Below, in pieces: positions 36,903 through 47,239 of a stretch of DNA of 64,000 nucleotides (positions within the stretch are counted from its first letter, which is position 1; each line of letters opens with the position of its first letter). Location: contig NVUY01000015.1 of the NCBI GenBank assembly GCA_002733215.1, positions 324 to 64,323 on the forward strand. The letters are read 5' to 3'. The position numbers and the translations under genes were made by a program. Under the pieces are notes generated by a model. It was not told where the DNA came from. It saw only the letters and a list, made by a program, of their open reading frames with translations, and made no database searches. Origin of the DNA: Sulfurovum sp. Lineage in GTDB: Bacteria > Campylobacterota > Campylobacteria > Campylobacterales > Sulfurovaceae.

Positions 36903-37606
36903 TGTCTAAATCGCTTATTACTGATCTTCTTTCTATACTACTTATAGGACTCTCTTTTATAGTTCCTCACCCATACCATGACCAGCTTCTTTTCACTGGA
37001 CTCTTTGCCTTCTCAGGTGCGGTAACGAACCAACTTGCCATTCATATGCTGTTTGAAAAGGTACCTTTTCTTTATGGTTCCGGGGTGATAGAGAAAAACT
37101 TTGAGAGTTTTAAAGAGTCCATCCGTGTCATGATAATGAAACAGTTTTTTACCAAAGAACAGTTAGGAGATTTTTTTGCTAAAGAAGAACAAAAAATAAA
37201 CTTAGCCCCTTTGGTTGAAAGTGCAGACTTTTCTCCTGCTTTTGATGCTCTTTCTAAAACAGTAATGGAATCAAAGTTTGGTGGTGCTATCAATATGTTT
37301 GGAGGAGAAGAAGCACTTGAAGGACTACGTGAACCTTTTGCAAAAAAACTTAAATCAGCTGTCTCTTCCATAGTCTCTTCTTCAGCCTTTAAAGCACAAT
37401 TAGACCATCACATACAAAACTCAGCACTCTCAGATGACATGATAGACTCCGTTGAAACACTCATCACCAAGCGTCTTGATGAGCTAACACCCAAGATGGT
37501 CAAAGAGTTGGTTCAGGAACTCATCAAAGAACATTTAGGATGGCTGGTAGTGTGGGGTGGTGTGTTTGGTGGGCTGATAGGGCTTATCTCTTCGTTTATT
37601 TTATGA
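36902..37606 (+). CDS. DUF445-family membrane protein
   Basis: SGAVTNQLAIHMLFEKVP...HLGWLVVWGG. Confidence 0.85.
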   Translation: MSKSLITDLLSILLIGLSFIVPHPYHDQLLFTGLFAFSGAVTNQLAIHMLFEKVPFLYGSGVIEKNFESFKESIRVMIMKQFFTKEQLGDFFAKEEQKINLAPLVESADFSPAFDALSKTVMESKFGGAINMFGGEEALEGLREPFAKKLKSAVSSIVSSSAFKAQLDHHIQNSALSDDMIDSVETLITKRLDELTPKMVKELVQELIKEHLGWLVVWGGVFGGLIGLISSFIL

Positions 37607-37619
37607 TAAATTTTGATAA

Positions 37620-38177
37620 TTATTTCTTTTTTGCAACCATAGATGCTTTTAAGGTTTTAAACCCTTGGTAGTCTATATCCCACCACTCTTCAATGTGTAT
37701 GAGTTCACAGCACTTTTCAAAATACGCTTTAAGTTCACCCTCTCTAAGTCTAAAAGAGGGGTTTGAAGATTTACGTCCATTTTCTTCATGTGCCACAAAT
37801 GTTTCCATGAGTATGATGCCGTCAGGTTTAAGTGCTTCTAGCATTTGAGGAAAGAGTTTACGTTCTAAGAAGTAAGTACAGACTATGAGGTCATACTTTG
37901 ATTTGCTAAGTGTATAGGTATCAAAATCAACTTCTATGGCATGGATGTGAGGTGTGCCTTTGAGTTGATCTATCGCCACAGATGAGATGTCTAAGGCGTC
38001 AACCTCAAAGCCAAGTGAAGTTAGGAATTTGCTATGTCTACCATTACCACATGCAATATCAAGAGCATTTCCCCTTTTAGATAAATATGCATACTTGGTA
38101 ATAAATTTTACAGGTTCATGCGGCATCGTGTCCTCTTGATGTTTTTCATCCCAACGTTGTTTGTCTTCTAGTGCCAT
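37620..38177 (-). CDS. class I SAM methyltransferase (TehB-like)
   Basis: ALDIACGNGR; start moved to MALEDKQRW. Confidence 0.88.
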   Translation of the reverse strand: MALEDKQRWDEKHQEDTMPHEPVKFITKYAYLSKRGNALDIACGNGRHSKFLTSLGFEVDALDISSVAIDQLKGTPHIHAIEVDFDTYTLSKSKYDLIVCTYFLERKLFPQMLEALKPDGIILMETFVAHEENGRKSSNPSFRLREGELKAYFEKCCELIHIEEWWDIDYQGFKTLKASMVAKKK

Positions 38178-38235
38178 ACTTACAGCCTTTTTTGATATTA
38201 TTCTAGCAAAACTTAATGAATTTAGGATTGAATAA

Positions 38236-39006
38236 ATGGCAAAACTTACTTTTATATCATGGAATGTAAATGGCATACGTGCAGTAGACAAAAAAGATGC
38301 ACTAAAATGGATAGACGAAGCAGAGGTAGACTTTTTAGGTTTACAGGAGATCAAAGCAGAAGCAGACCAGATACCTGAAGGTATATTTGAGAGAAATTAC
38401 AAATTTGAAAGTATCAACTCCTCTTCTAAAAAAGGGCAGTCCGGGGTGGCACTCTATACCGACATAAAAGGTGAAGCAGGTTCCTGTGATCATGTAGACG
38501 TTTTAAATGAAGGGCGTATCAATGAGTACCATTTTGGAGACATCGCATACTTCAATGTCTACTTTCCAAACGGACAGCGTAATGATGAACGTCTGGTCTA
38601 TAAAATGGAATTTTATGAGCGTTTCTTAACACATATTAACACTTTGAGAAAAGAAGGAAAGTCCATTGTCGTATGTGGAGATGTAAACACAGCACACCAT
38701 CCCATAGACCTTGCCCGCCCAAAAGCAAACGAAAAAACTTCAGGTTTTTTACCGATGGAACGTGAATGGCAGGATAAACTTCTGTCATCAGGGTTCATAG
38801 ATACCTTCCGTCATGTGCATGGGGATGTGGAAGAGCGATACAGCTGGTGGTCATACCGGGCAGCCGCCAGAAAAAACAATGTCGGATGGCGTATTGACTA
38901 TTTTTATGTCTCTGATGATTTGAAAGATAAGATTGTAGATGCAGATATTCTTGATACGGTAATGGGATCTGACCACTGTCCTGTGAAATTGGTATTGGAA
39001 GTTTAA
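38236..39006 (+). CDS. xth: exodeoxyribonuclease III
   Basis: SWNVNG, LQEIK, GDVN, GWRIDY and SDHCP. Confidence 0.96.
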   Translation: MAKLTFISWNVNGIRAVDKKDALKWIDEAEVDFLGLQEIKAEADQIPEGIFERNYKFESINSSSKKGQSGVALYTDIKGEAGSCDHVDVLNEGRINEYHFGDIAYFNVYFPNGQRNDERLVYKMEFYERFLTHINTLRKEGKSIVVCGDVNTAHHPIDLARPKANEKTSGFLPMEREWQDKLLSSGFIDTFRHVHGDVEERYSWWSYRAAARKNNVGWRIDYFYVSDDLKDKIVDADILDTVMGSDHCPVKLVLEV

Positions 39007-39263
39007 CCTTTAGTTAAATGCCAGCCTTTTTCATAGGGACAGGGATAAGAGTAAAGAGAAATGTTCCTGCTTGATAGAAGATACTTTATTTCTTTTTGTG
39101 AGTTATAGAGATATTTATTCTCACCATTGGAGTCTTTACAGGTACAGTACGTTTTATGGGGTTTGTCTTCTTGAGGGATAGTGAGGATTTTTTGTTTGTT
39201 TCTGTTGGTTATGATGTGACTTTTTAGCGTTTTTAATGCTTTTAAAAAGTCTGAATGTTTCAT
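39003..39263 (-). CDS. hypothetical protein
   Basis: Coupled ORF; CxC...YxCP...GWHLT. Confidence 0.7.
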   Translation of the reverse strand: MKHSDFLKALKTLKSHIITNRNKQKILTIPQEDKPHKTYCTCKDSNGENKYLYNSQKEIKYLLSSRNISLYSYPCPYEKGWHLTKG

Positions 39264-39742
39264 GACTCTTCAGGGTCTACAAAATAAAATTCATCAAGAC
39301 CTTCTAAAAATGCCATGAGCATTTCATCTGAACAGGCTTTAAAGTTTTTATGACCTTCTTTACGGAAGAGAGAAGCGAGTTGCTGCTTGCTGAGTTCTCT
39401 CTCTGCAAGACCAAAGATGATCTCGGTTTCTGCTTCTTTGAGTTCCAGTGCGATACGCAGCTTTTTGAGTATGAGGTTATTGGTGAGTTCTATCACTTCT
39501 CCCTCATTGGTTTTTTTAGGAGAGGGTCCTCTTTTTAGAGTCACAAGTCCATCTAAAAAGACACCTAACTCTTCATAAGAACAGAGCATAAAACCTTCAT
39601 CGTGACGACGTTTGAGAAGAGACTCCAAGTGTGAAGCTTCCATTGGGTACGCTTCAAGCTTGTAAGTTTCCATCATCTCTTCTGTCGTTAAATTCAACGC
39701 TTGCTGTATGCGGTAAAGTATTTCGTTGGTATTGATGAGCAT
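39260..39742 (-). CDS. DUF1456 (YehS-like) protein
   Basis: Duplicated N.IL..LR.AL and FL.GL motifs. Confidence 0.88.
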   Translation of the reverse strand: MLINTNEILYRIQQALNLTTEEMMETYKLEAYPMEASHLESLLKRRHDEGFMLCSYEELGVFLDGLVTLKRGPSPKKTNEGEVIELTNNLILKKLRIALELKEAETEIIFGLAERELSKQQLASLFRKEGHKNFKACSDEMLMAFLEGLDEFYFVDPEES

Positions 39743-39743
39743 A

Positions 39744-40205
39744 TTATTTCTCACCGGCTTTTTGGACAAGATCAGCTAATGCTATCTTTGCTTTGTTAAT
39801 AATATTTAAACAGTTCTTATCTATGATATTGTGTTTTAAAGACCAGTATTCCGGGTTGGTGTACATGATGCTGGTCAAACCTTCATAATCTGTAGTAAAT
39901 AATATACGCAGAGGTAAGTCCAAACCCATAGAAGGGTTACAGTTCATGAGCACAGTACCCATTTTAGGGTTACCAAAAACAACTACCGTTTCAGGTTTTA
40001 AGTTCATGTTAACCTCTTTGGCATTCGCCTGATGGTCGATAGTTGAAAAGTGTGTCAAGCCCTGTTCTTTGATGAGTTTTTCAAGTTTTGCAACTGCAGT
40101 TGGCAGATCATTTTCACTCTGGACAGTATTTATAAAAGTACTTTTTTTGCTATCACAACCCACTAAAGTAAGTCCAATCAATCCAATGAAGAGTAACTTG
40201 TTCAT
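39744..40205 (-). CDS. DUF302-domain lipoprotein
   Basis: IDH, FGNP..GT..M and GLDLPLRIL; lipobox LVGC. Confidence 0.88.
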   Translation of the reverse strand: MNKLLFIGLIGLTLVGCDSKKSTFINTVQSENDLPTAVAKLEKLIKEQGLTHFSTIDHQANAKEVNMNLKPETVVVFGNPKMGTVLMNCNPSMGLDLPLRILFTTDYEGLTSIMYTNPEYWSLKHNIIDKNCLNIINKAKIALADLVQKAGEK

Positions 40206-40215
40206 ATCAATCCTT

Positions 40216-41319
40216 TTATACGTTAAATCTGAAGTGCATGACATCACCATCCTGCACGATGTACTCTTTACCTTCCAGTCTGTTCCTCCCTGCGTCTTTA
40301 GCACCTGACTCACCGTTAAACTCTACAAAGTCTTCATAGCTGATGACTTCTGCACGAATGAAACCTTTTTCAAAGTCATTGTGGATGACAGCTGCAGCTT
40401 TAGGGGCTGTTGTACCTTGCCGGATAGTCCAGGCACGTACTTCTTTTACCCCTGCTGTAAAGTAAGATTGAAGTCCCAGTTTATCAAACCCTTTGTGAAT
40501 GATCTGCTCCAGTCCTGATTCTGTGACACCAAGGTCTGCAAGCATTTCATCTCTCTCATCATCCTCAAAGTCTACCATGTCTTCTTCAACTTTGGCACAG
40601 AGTTTGATCACTTCTGAGTCTCTTGCTTCCGCATAAGCTTTGAGCTGTCTGACATATTGACTGTCTTCATTCAGTCCGTCTTCATCTACATTTGCACCAT
40701 AAATGATAGGTTTGGAGGTAAGAAGACGTAAGTCTTTGTTCAGTGCTAAAAATCCGTCACTCTCTTTGTCTTCAAAAGTAGAAACAGGAGCACCGTCCTC
40801 TATATGTAGAAGAAGGGCTTCAGCAACCAGGAGCTGTTCTTTTGCCTCTTTGTCGTTACCTTTTGCTTTTTTCTTAAGCATTTCAACACGCTTGAGTATT
40901 GCATCAATGTCTGCAAAAAGTAACTCCTGCTCGATGATCTCAACATCACGTATAGGGTCAATGCTGCCTTCAGTATGAACGATATTATCATCTTCAAAAC
41001 ATCTTACAATATGCAGGATCACTTCTGTCTCACGGATGTTCCCCAGAAATTTATTTCCCAGACCTTCACCTTTACTGGCTCCCGCAACAAGCCCTGCGAT
41101 GTCTACAAAATCCAGTGTAGAATATTGTACTTTTTCAGGGTTTACTATCTCAGCCAATTTATCCAGTCTTTTATCCGGTACAGGTACTACTGCCTTATTG
41201 GGTTCGATGGTACAAAAAGGGTAGTTTGCACTTTCTGCGTTTTGTGCTTTGGTGAGTGCGTTAAAAGTTGTAGATTTTCCTACATTTGGTAGTCCAACAA
41301 GTCCGATGCCTAGTCCCAT
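40216..41319 (-). CDS. ychF: redox-regulated ATPase YchF
   Basis: GLPNVGKST, YPFCTIEPN and DIAGLV. Confidence 0.98.
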   Translation of the reverse strand: MGLGIGLVGLPNVGKSTTFNALTKAQNAESANYPFCTIEPNKAVVPVPDKRLDKLAEIVNPEKVQYSTLDFVDIAGLVAGASKGEGLGNKFLGNIRETEVILHIVRCFEDDNIVHTEGSIDPIRDVEIIEQELLFADIDAILKRVEMLKKKAKGNDKEAKEQLLVAEALLLHIEDGAPVSTFEDKESDGFLALNKDLRLLTSKPIIYGANVDEDGLNEDSQYVRQLKAYAEARDSEVIKLCAKVEEDMVDFEDDERDEMLADLGVTESGLEQIIHKGFDKLGLQSYFTAGVKEVRAWTIRQGTTAPKAAAVIHNDFEKGFIRAEVISYEDFVEFNGESGAKDAGRNRLEGKEYIVQDGDVMHFRFNV

Positions 41320-41400
41320 GGTATTTCCTTACGTTTATATAGACGTGATTTTAGCGAAATATACGTGAAAGTGTGATTAGGTTTATCACTTCACCGAATC

Positions 41401-41414
41401 TTGACATAAGTCAT
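41401..41414. promoter_or_regulatory. Crp/Fnr-type box upstream of the regulator
   Basis: TTGAC-ATAA-GTCAT. Confidence 0.5.
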
Positions 41415-41508
41415 TTTTTTACAATAGCTACTGTGTTATAATTTTAACCTGAATTATGCAACAAAATTTGCTGAGTCGTTTTTATAGATAGAGAGGATTT
41501 CATTAGCT

Positions 41509-42153
41509 ATGGATATTGAAAAACATATAAATAACATTTCTCTTTTTGATAAACTAGAAGAGGTGCAAAAAGAAAAAGTTCTTAAGCTTGCAAGCATCAA
41601 AAAGCTTCATAAAGATAATATCTTATTTTATCAAGGTGATGAGAGTAGCTATTTGCACATCGTATTAAAAGGTAAAATAGAGGTCTATAAAGTCAATGCT
41701 TCAGGTAAAAATATGCCCCTTAATCTCTTTAAGCCTTATCAGACTATAGCAGAGCTCTCCAACTATAAAAACATACCGTTTCCTGCAACTGCACATGCAT
41801 TAGAAGAGAGTGAAGTTTTGTTGATAGATTTCAAACGCTTTAAAGAGGCGTTTTTTTCTAATCCAATCATTGTAAGTAATATATTAGAGTCCATGTCTGA
41901 CAAGATACTAAACCTTGAAAAGCTCATCTCTTCACATATAGTGATGAATGCGACCCAAAGGGTGGTCTATCATCTTTTAGAAGAAAGGATTAATCTTAAT
42001 ACTGAAAAACATACAGTGATTGCAGACAGGCTCAACATCTCTCCTGTGACACTTTCTCGTATACTCAAAAAACTCAAAGAGAAAAATGCAGTTCTTTTTC
42101 ATAAAAATTTTTATACTCTTAACAAAGACTTACTTCATAATCTATGCTCTTAA
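41509..42153 (+). CDS. Crp/Fnr-family regulator (NssR/HcpR-like)
   Basis: cNMP-type domain, HTH ISPVTLSR; adjacent to hcp. Confidence 0.9.
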   Translation: MDIEKHINNISLFDKLEEVQKEKVLKLASIKKLHKDNILFYQGDESSYLHIVLKGKIEVYKVNASGKNMPLNLFKPYQTIAELSNYKNIPFPATAHALEESEVLLIDFKRFKEAFFSNPIIVSNILESMSDKILNLEKLISSHIVMNATQRVVYHLLEERINLNTEKHTVIADRLNISPVTLSRILKKLKEKNAVLFHKNFYTLNKDLLHNLCS

Positions 42154-42163
42154 CCAATGTTAA
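42150..42163. promoter_or_regulatory. NssR-type box upstream of hcp
   Basis: TTAAC-CAAT-GTTAA matches the Campylobacter NssR consensus TTAAC-N4-GTTAA. Confidence 0.75.
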
Positions 42164-42221
42164 TGACTTAGCATCTTAAATATTCTACAATCTCCTACAA
42201 TTTAAAATTAAAGGATCGATT

Positions 42222-43544
42222 ATGAGTATGTTTTGTTATCAATGTGAGATGAGTACCCCAAATGGATGTGGAAGTAATGGTGCAGTTGTAGGAACTTGTG
42301 GTAAAGATGAAAATTTAGCGAGACTACAAGATTTGATGGTTTTTGGTCTTAAAGGACTTAGCTCTTACCGTGAACACTTAAATGAATTAGCCCCTGAGAA
42401 AACTAAAAACATAGACGATGTCATCAGTGAAACACTTTACTTTACGCTTACAAATGTAAACTTTAATTTTGATGACCACATCAAACAGTTAATGAAAGTT
42501 GGTAGTGCAGGTATAGAAGTGATGGATAAGCTTTCTAATGCACATACAGGACACTTTGGCATCCCTACACCTGTGGTAGTACCTCAAAATGTTGTTGAGG
42601 GGAAAGCTATGTTGGTAAGTGGACACAACCTAGATATGTTTGAAAAACTATTAATAGCCACAGAAGGGAAAGGGATTAATATTTATACCCACTCAGAGAT
42701 GTTGCCAGCGCATGGGTATCCAGAGTTAAGAAAATATAAACATTTAAAAGGAAACGTAGGAAAAGCATGGTTTGACCAAGTGCAACTTATGAAAAAGTTT
42801 AAAGGTACTTTTGTGGTAAACACAAACTGTATAATCCCTCCTAAGAAAAATGCAGACTATGTAGATAGAGTTTTTACTTACAATATAGTAGGAATCGAGG
42901 GTGGAACAGCTATAGAAAATGATGACTTTACTGCACTCATAGAAAAAACTTTAGCATGTGAAGATACAAATATGAATGAAGATTTGACCCTTACAACAGG
43001 GCATCACTATAAAACCATATTGACATTAGCACCACAAATTTTAGATGCTATAAAGTCTAAAAAGATAAGACAGTTCTTCGTCATTGCTGGTTGTGATGCA
43101 CCGGGAAAAGCAGGAAATTATTACAGAGAGATGGCTGAGATGTTACCAGAAGATTGTGTGATCATCACCTCTAGTTGTGGTAAATTTAGATTTAATGACA
43201 TAGACTTTGGAGTCATAGAGGGAACAGACATTCCACGCTACTTAGACCTTGGTCAATGTAACGATAGTAATGGTGCAGTAGAGATAGCAAAAGCCATAGG
43301 CGAAGCACTTGACGTTCCAATTAATGATTTACCTATCTCTATCGTTCTTTCTTGGATGGAACAAAAAGCAGTCATTATACTGTTAGGACTATTTAGTCTA
43401 GGCATTCAAGACATCTACCTAGGACCAAAACCACCACAATTTGTGAATGATGACATTATGGATTTCCTAGCAGAAAACTTTAACCTACACCTCACAGGTG
43501 ATGCGAAAGAAGATTTGGAAGATTTGCTTTTAGTTGAGGCGTAA
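42222..43544 (+). CDS. hcp: hybrid cluster protein (hydroxylamine/NO reductase), short form
   Basis: MFCYQCE...C...CGK, YTHSEMLPAH, GCD, GQCND and WMEQK. Confidence 0.96.
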   Translation: MSMFCYQCEMSTPNGCGSNGAVVGTCGKDENLARLQDLMVFGLKGLSSYREHLNELAPEKTKNIDDVISETLYFTLTNVNFNFDDHIKQLMKVGSAGIEVMDKLSNAHTGHFGIPTPVVVPQNVVEGKAMLVSGHNLDMFEKLLIATEGKGINIYTHSEMLPAHGYPELRKYKHLKGNVGKAWFDQVQLMKKFKGTFVVNTNCIIPPKKNADYVDRVFTYNIVGIEGGTAIENDDFTALIEKTLACEDTNMNEDLTLTTGHHYKTILTLAPQILDAIKSKKIRQFFVIAGCDAPGKAGNYYREMAEMLPEDCVIITSSCGKFRFNDIDFGVIEGTDIPRYLDLGQCNDSNGAVEIAKAIGEALDVPINDLPISIVLSWMEQKAVIILLGLFSLGIQDIYLGPKPPQFVNDDIMDFLAENFNLHLTGDAKEDLEDLLLVEA

Positions 43545-43602
43545 AAGTAAGGGTCAACATTTTGAATATTATTTAGAAGCGCAATGATTCCGCTTTTATA
43601 AT

Positions 43603-43658
43603 AAGGGCACTTCAAATAACCATAGTCACTTATAATGGGTTATTAGATGTGTCCATAA
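43603..43658. repeat. GGGCAC-type miniature inverted-repeat element
   Basis: AAGGGCACTTCAAATAACC ... GGGTTATTAGATGTGTCC; related ends elsewhere in the window. Confidence 0.65.
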
Positions 43659-43773
43659 GCGACAAACTTTTGAAAATAATATTACAAAAGTAGAGATTCC
43701 TGAGAATTATATTTTTATGCTCTATTCTAATCATAGTTATATAGTATAATAAATATAAAATTCAGGAACTTTG

Positions 43774-45396
43774 ATGGAAAATACCTTACTAATCTTGATT
43801 ATTACCATTAGTATTTCTACCGTACTCAATGTCTTTTTAAAAAGATTTGATATCCCTACTGTTATTGGGTATGTTCTTGCTGGTTTTGCTATTTCATCTC
43901 TTTTTCATTTTGCAGAAGGTTCCAAAGAAATGCTGGCACATTTAGCAGAGTTTGGCATAGTCTTTTTAATGTTCACCATTGGCTTGGAGTTTTCAGTAAA
44001 ACATCTTAAAAGTATGAAAAAAGAAGTCTTTTTATTTGGTTCCTTACAGGTTATGTTGTCAGGGGTACTGTTCACAGCTTTGGGTTTATGGTTGTTTGGT
44101 TTAGAAATGAAAAGTGCCATAGTCATAGGCGCTGCTCTTTCTCTTTCGTCTACCGCTATTGTATTGAAAGTTTTGAATGAAAATAACCAGATTCATTCAG
44201 GCTATGGCCGTGCAACTCTGGGTATATTACTCTTTCAAGATTTAGCAGTGATTCCTATGTTGCTTATGGTTTCTTTTTTCGCTTCAGATTCCGATTCGGT
44301 TTCGATGTTGTTACTCGAAACCCTTGGAAGTGCGATTGTCGTTTTTATAATTTTATTTCTTATAGGTAAATACTTCCTTGAAGAATTTTTTGGATGGATC
44401 ATGTCTTCAGGCTCAGAAGAGATCTTTTTAGTAGCGGTGTTACTTGGGGTCATGAGTGCTGCCTATTTGGCTGATGTCTTTGGATTTTCCTATTCACTAG
44501 GTGCTTTTCTTGCAGGTATGATGATAGCAGAAACAAAATACCGCTACAGGATAGAAGCCGACCTCATTCCTTTTAGAGACATTTTACTTGGAGTGTTTTT
44601 TGTAACCATAGGAATGTTGATTGACTGGTATTCTATTGTACTTTATTGGCATATTATACTTTTATTACTTGTGGGGATTATGCTTCTAAAAGGTTTAATC
44701 ATCGTGCTTGTTTTGCAGTTTTTTGTGCAAAAAAGAACAGCGGTAAAAACGGCATTTGCACTTTTTCAGGTGGGGGAGTTTTCTCTGGCTATTTTTGCTC
44801 TTGCCCGTGCGCATGACCTAATAAGCAATGAACTAAACCAGATTATGATCATCACCATTGTTTTATCCATGATTATTACACCTTTTGTCTTGAAACATAT
44901 TAAGAAATTGGCTGACTTGTTCACACAAGAGCCTGTTACGCTACGTGAACGAGCACTTAAAAATGATACCTATAAAAATCATATTATCGTTTGTGGTTAT
45001 GGACCTGTAGGAGAGAAACTGGTTAAAACGTTTAGAGAAAGGAAGTTGCTCTATATTATAATTGAACATGATATGAAGATAGTAGATGCAGAGATCGCCA
45101 GAGGTGAAGAGGCTATTTATTTTGCGAATGCAGCACAAAAAATGGTTTTGTCCCATTTTAATGTAAATGAGTGCTCGGCTATTATTGTAACCATTGAAAA
45201 TGAAATACAAAGACAGCTGATTTGTGAAAATATTGTATCGTTTAACCCCAGCATAAACAGTATTGTAAAGGTCAATAACAATACAGAAGAAGAGATTATA
45301 TCTGCACTTGGCATTAGCCATGTTGTAAATGGGAGAGATATGATCGCTGACACTTTGGCTGAAGAAGCCTTGACTTGTCATTTAAAGTTGGTATAG
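43774..45396 (+). CDS. CPA2 cation:proton antiporter (KefB/KefC-like) with TrkA-N domain
   Basis: FTIGLE, SSTAIV, FQD, QVGEF and GYGPVG. Confidence 0.93.
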   Translation: MENTLLILIITISISTVLNVFLKRFDIPTVIGYVLAGFAISSLFHFAEGSKEMLAHLAEFGIVFLMFTIGLEFSVKHLKSMKKEVFLFGSLQVMLSGVLFTALGLWLFGLEMKSAIVIGAALSLSSTAIVLKVLNENNQIHSGYGRATLGILLFQDLAVIPMLLMVSFFASDSDSVSMLLLETLGSAIVVFIILFLIGKYFLEEFFGWIMSSGSEEIFLVAVLLGVMSAAYLADVFGFSYSLGAFLAGMMIAETKYRYRIEADLIPFRDILLGVFFVTIGMLIDWYSIVLYWHIILLLLVGIMLLKGLIIVLVLQFFVQKRTAVKTAFALFQVGEFSLAIFALARAHDLISNELNQIMIITIVLSMIITPFVLKHIKKLADLFTQEPVTLRERALKNDTYKNHIIVCGYGPVGEKLVKTFRERKLLYIIIEHDMKIVDAEIARGEEAIYFANAAQKMVLSHFNVNECSAIIVTIENEIQRQLICENIVSFNPSINSIVKVNNNTEEEIISALGISHVVNGRDMIADTLAEEALTCHLKLV

Positions 45397-45417
45397 TTTG
45401 AGATAAAAGGAAGTTCT

Positions 45418-45600
45418 ATGGACTATTTACAGCAAAGTGAAATTGTAGATTTTCAACATAAAGAGGTCATGGCTCAAGCAAAATTATTAGCACAGGGCTG
45501 TAAAAATGATGTAGAGACAGCCAAAGCTTGTTTTTTCTTTGTTCGGGACCATATAGAGCACTCAGGGGATTACACGGCAGACATCAGCACCTGTAAAGCT
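45418..45600 (+). pseudogene. truncated transglutaminase-like protein
   Basis: YL......D.......A..L...CF.FVRD.I.HS.D...TCKA, then runs into the antisense of pepA before the catalytic Cys. Confidence 0.7.
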
Positions 45601-45628
45601 TTGTACAGTCCCCTGCTTCTGTACAAAC
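45601..45628 (-). terminator. hairpin after pepA
   Basis: TTGTACAG...CTGTACAA. Confidence 0.45.
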
Positions 45629-45636
45629 ATATTTTC

Positions 45637-47100
45637 CTAATGTTTTGTATCTTTCGCAAGGTTTTCTATAAGCTTCACCATCATTCTAACGCCAGCTCCA
45701 GATGCACCATGAGGGTTTTCACCCCAAGCGTGTTCTACAAAAGCAGGACCTGCTATGTCTATGTGCGCCCATTTTTTGCTATGCTTTTTGTCTACAAATT
45801 CTGAAAGAAAATGACCTGCGGTAATGGCACCACCATAGCGTGTATTGGAAATGTTGCAAATGTCTGCTATTTCAGACTTTATGGTCTTTTTGAGGTAAGG
45901 GTTAAAGTCAAGTGCTGTGGCAAGCTCACCTGCATTATGTGCTTCTTTGACAACTAAGTCTTGTACCTTTTTGTTGTTCCCCATAATGGAAGAAGTATAA
46001 TGTCCCACGGCCACTACAGAAGCACCAGTGAGTGTTGCAAAGTCGAAAAGATAGTCAGACTTTACCTCTTGTTGTGCATAACACAATACATCAGCTAAGA
46101 CCAGTCTACCCTCTGCATCGGTATTGCGTATCTCTATGGTTTTTCCATTTTTGGCTACGAGTACATCATCTGGCTTATAGGCATCTCCGCCTATCATGTT
46201 CTCAACAGCACCCACAAAACCATGTACTTCTATAGGTAAATCAAGTTCTGCCACTGCTTTCATAATGCCCATAACTGCAGACCCGCCACTTTTATCGGAC
46301 TTCATAGTCACCATAAAGTCAGCAGGTTTTAAACTAAGACCTCCCGAATCATAAGTTAATCCTTTACCTACCAGTGTTACCACACATTTTGGATTTTTTG
46401 GTTTATGTGTAAGGTGAATGACTCTAGGTGTATGGCGGCTTGCACGTGCAACAGCCAAAAGGGTTTCCATTTTTTCTTTTCTTAATGCTTTTGGTTTGAG
46501 AATTTTACATTTGAGTCCTGTATCTTCAGCCATACCCTCCGCAATGTTTGCCATGACTTCAGGGTAGCAGTCATCTGGTGTAGTATTGACGATGTCACGG
46601 GTGAAATTTGTTGCATCTGCAATTATTTGTGCTTTGTGTATTTGTATAGATGCTTTTTCAATGTCTATTTTAAGAGCGCTGTACTCTTCAAGTGAAATAG
46701 AAATCTCTTTGATTTTATTTTTGCTCTTTTTGCTTTTGTAAGTCTCAAAGCTATAAGAACCTAAAATGAAACCTTCTACCATAGCACGGAGTGTATAGGT
46801 ACAGCCTTTGTTGGTATAGGTGGCAATTTTTATAGATTTGTACTTTGTGCCTTTGAGTGCTTTTATAGCAGAAGCTGCTGCGGTTCGTATAGCAGCACTT
46901 TTCACAGAAGCAGCACCAACATACAGTCTGCCTTCACCAAGAAGTAAACAGCTTTCATCTTGTCCCCCGGAGAAGCCTGCTTTTTTCAATAGTTTTTTGT
47001 CTTGTACAAAACGGTGTTTTAAGTTATTGGCTACAACGATAACAATTTCTATCTCCGCATCTACATCTTGCAAAGGGAGGGCAGTTAATTCAAAATTCAT
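45637..47100 (-). CDS. pepA: leucyl aminopeptidase
   Basis: GKGLTYDSGG, MKSDKSG and NTDAEGRL. Confidence 0.96.
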   Translation of the reverse strand: MNFELTALPLQDVDAEIEIVIVVANNLKHRFVQDKKLLKKAGFSGGQDESCLLLGEGRLYVGAASVKSAAIRTAAASAIKALKGTKYKSIKIATYTNKGCTYTLRAMVEGFILGSYSFETYKSKKSKNKIKEISISLEEYSALKIDIEKASIQIHKAQIIADATNFTRDIVNTTPDDCYPEVMANIAEGMAEDTGLKCKILKPKALRKEKMETLLAVARASRHTPRVIHLTHKPKNPKCVVTLVGKGLTYDSGGLSLKPADFMVTMKSDKSGGSAVMGIMKAVAELDLPIEVHGFVGAVENMIGGDAYKPDDVLVAKNGKTIEIRNTDAEGRLVLADVLCYAQQEVKSDYLFDFATLTGASVVAVGHYTSSIMGNNKKVQDLVVKEAHNAGELATALDFNPYLKKTIKSEIADICNISNTRYGGAITAGHFLSEFVDKKHSKKWAHIDIAGPAFVEHAWGENPHGASGAGVRMMVKLIENLAKDTKH

Positions 47101-47239
47101 AGAGGTCCTTTTATTTGTTCTTATTAATTTATTGAAGTATATCAAAAGTTAGAGTAAAGAAGTATGACATAGGAAGGTTAACCTTCAATGCGAACTCTTT
47201 TTTATAGTATACTATTCAAGAGAATCATAAAGGGTTTAG

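Noticed and set aside
45601-45804. C-terminal half of the 128-aa ORF at 45418
   Set aside because: Read-through into the antisense of pepA after truncation; not protein-like.
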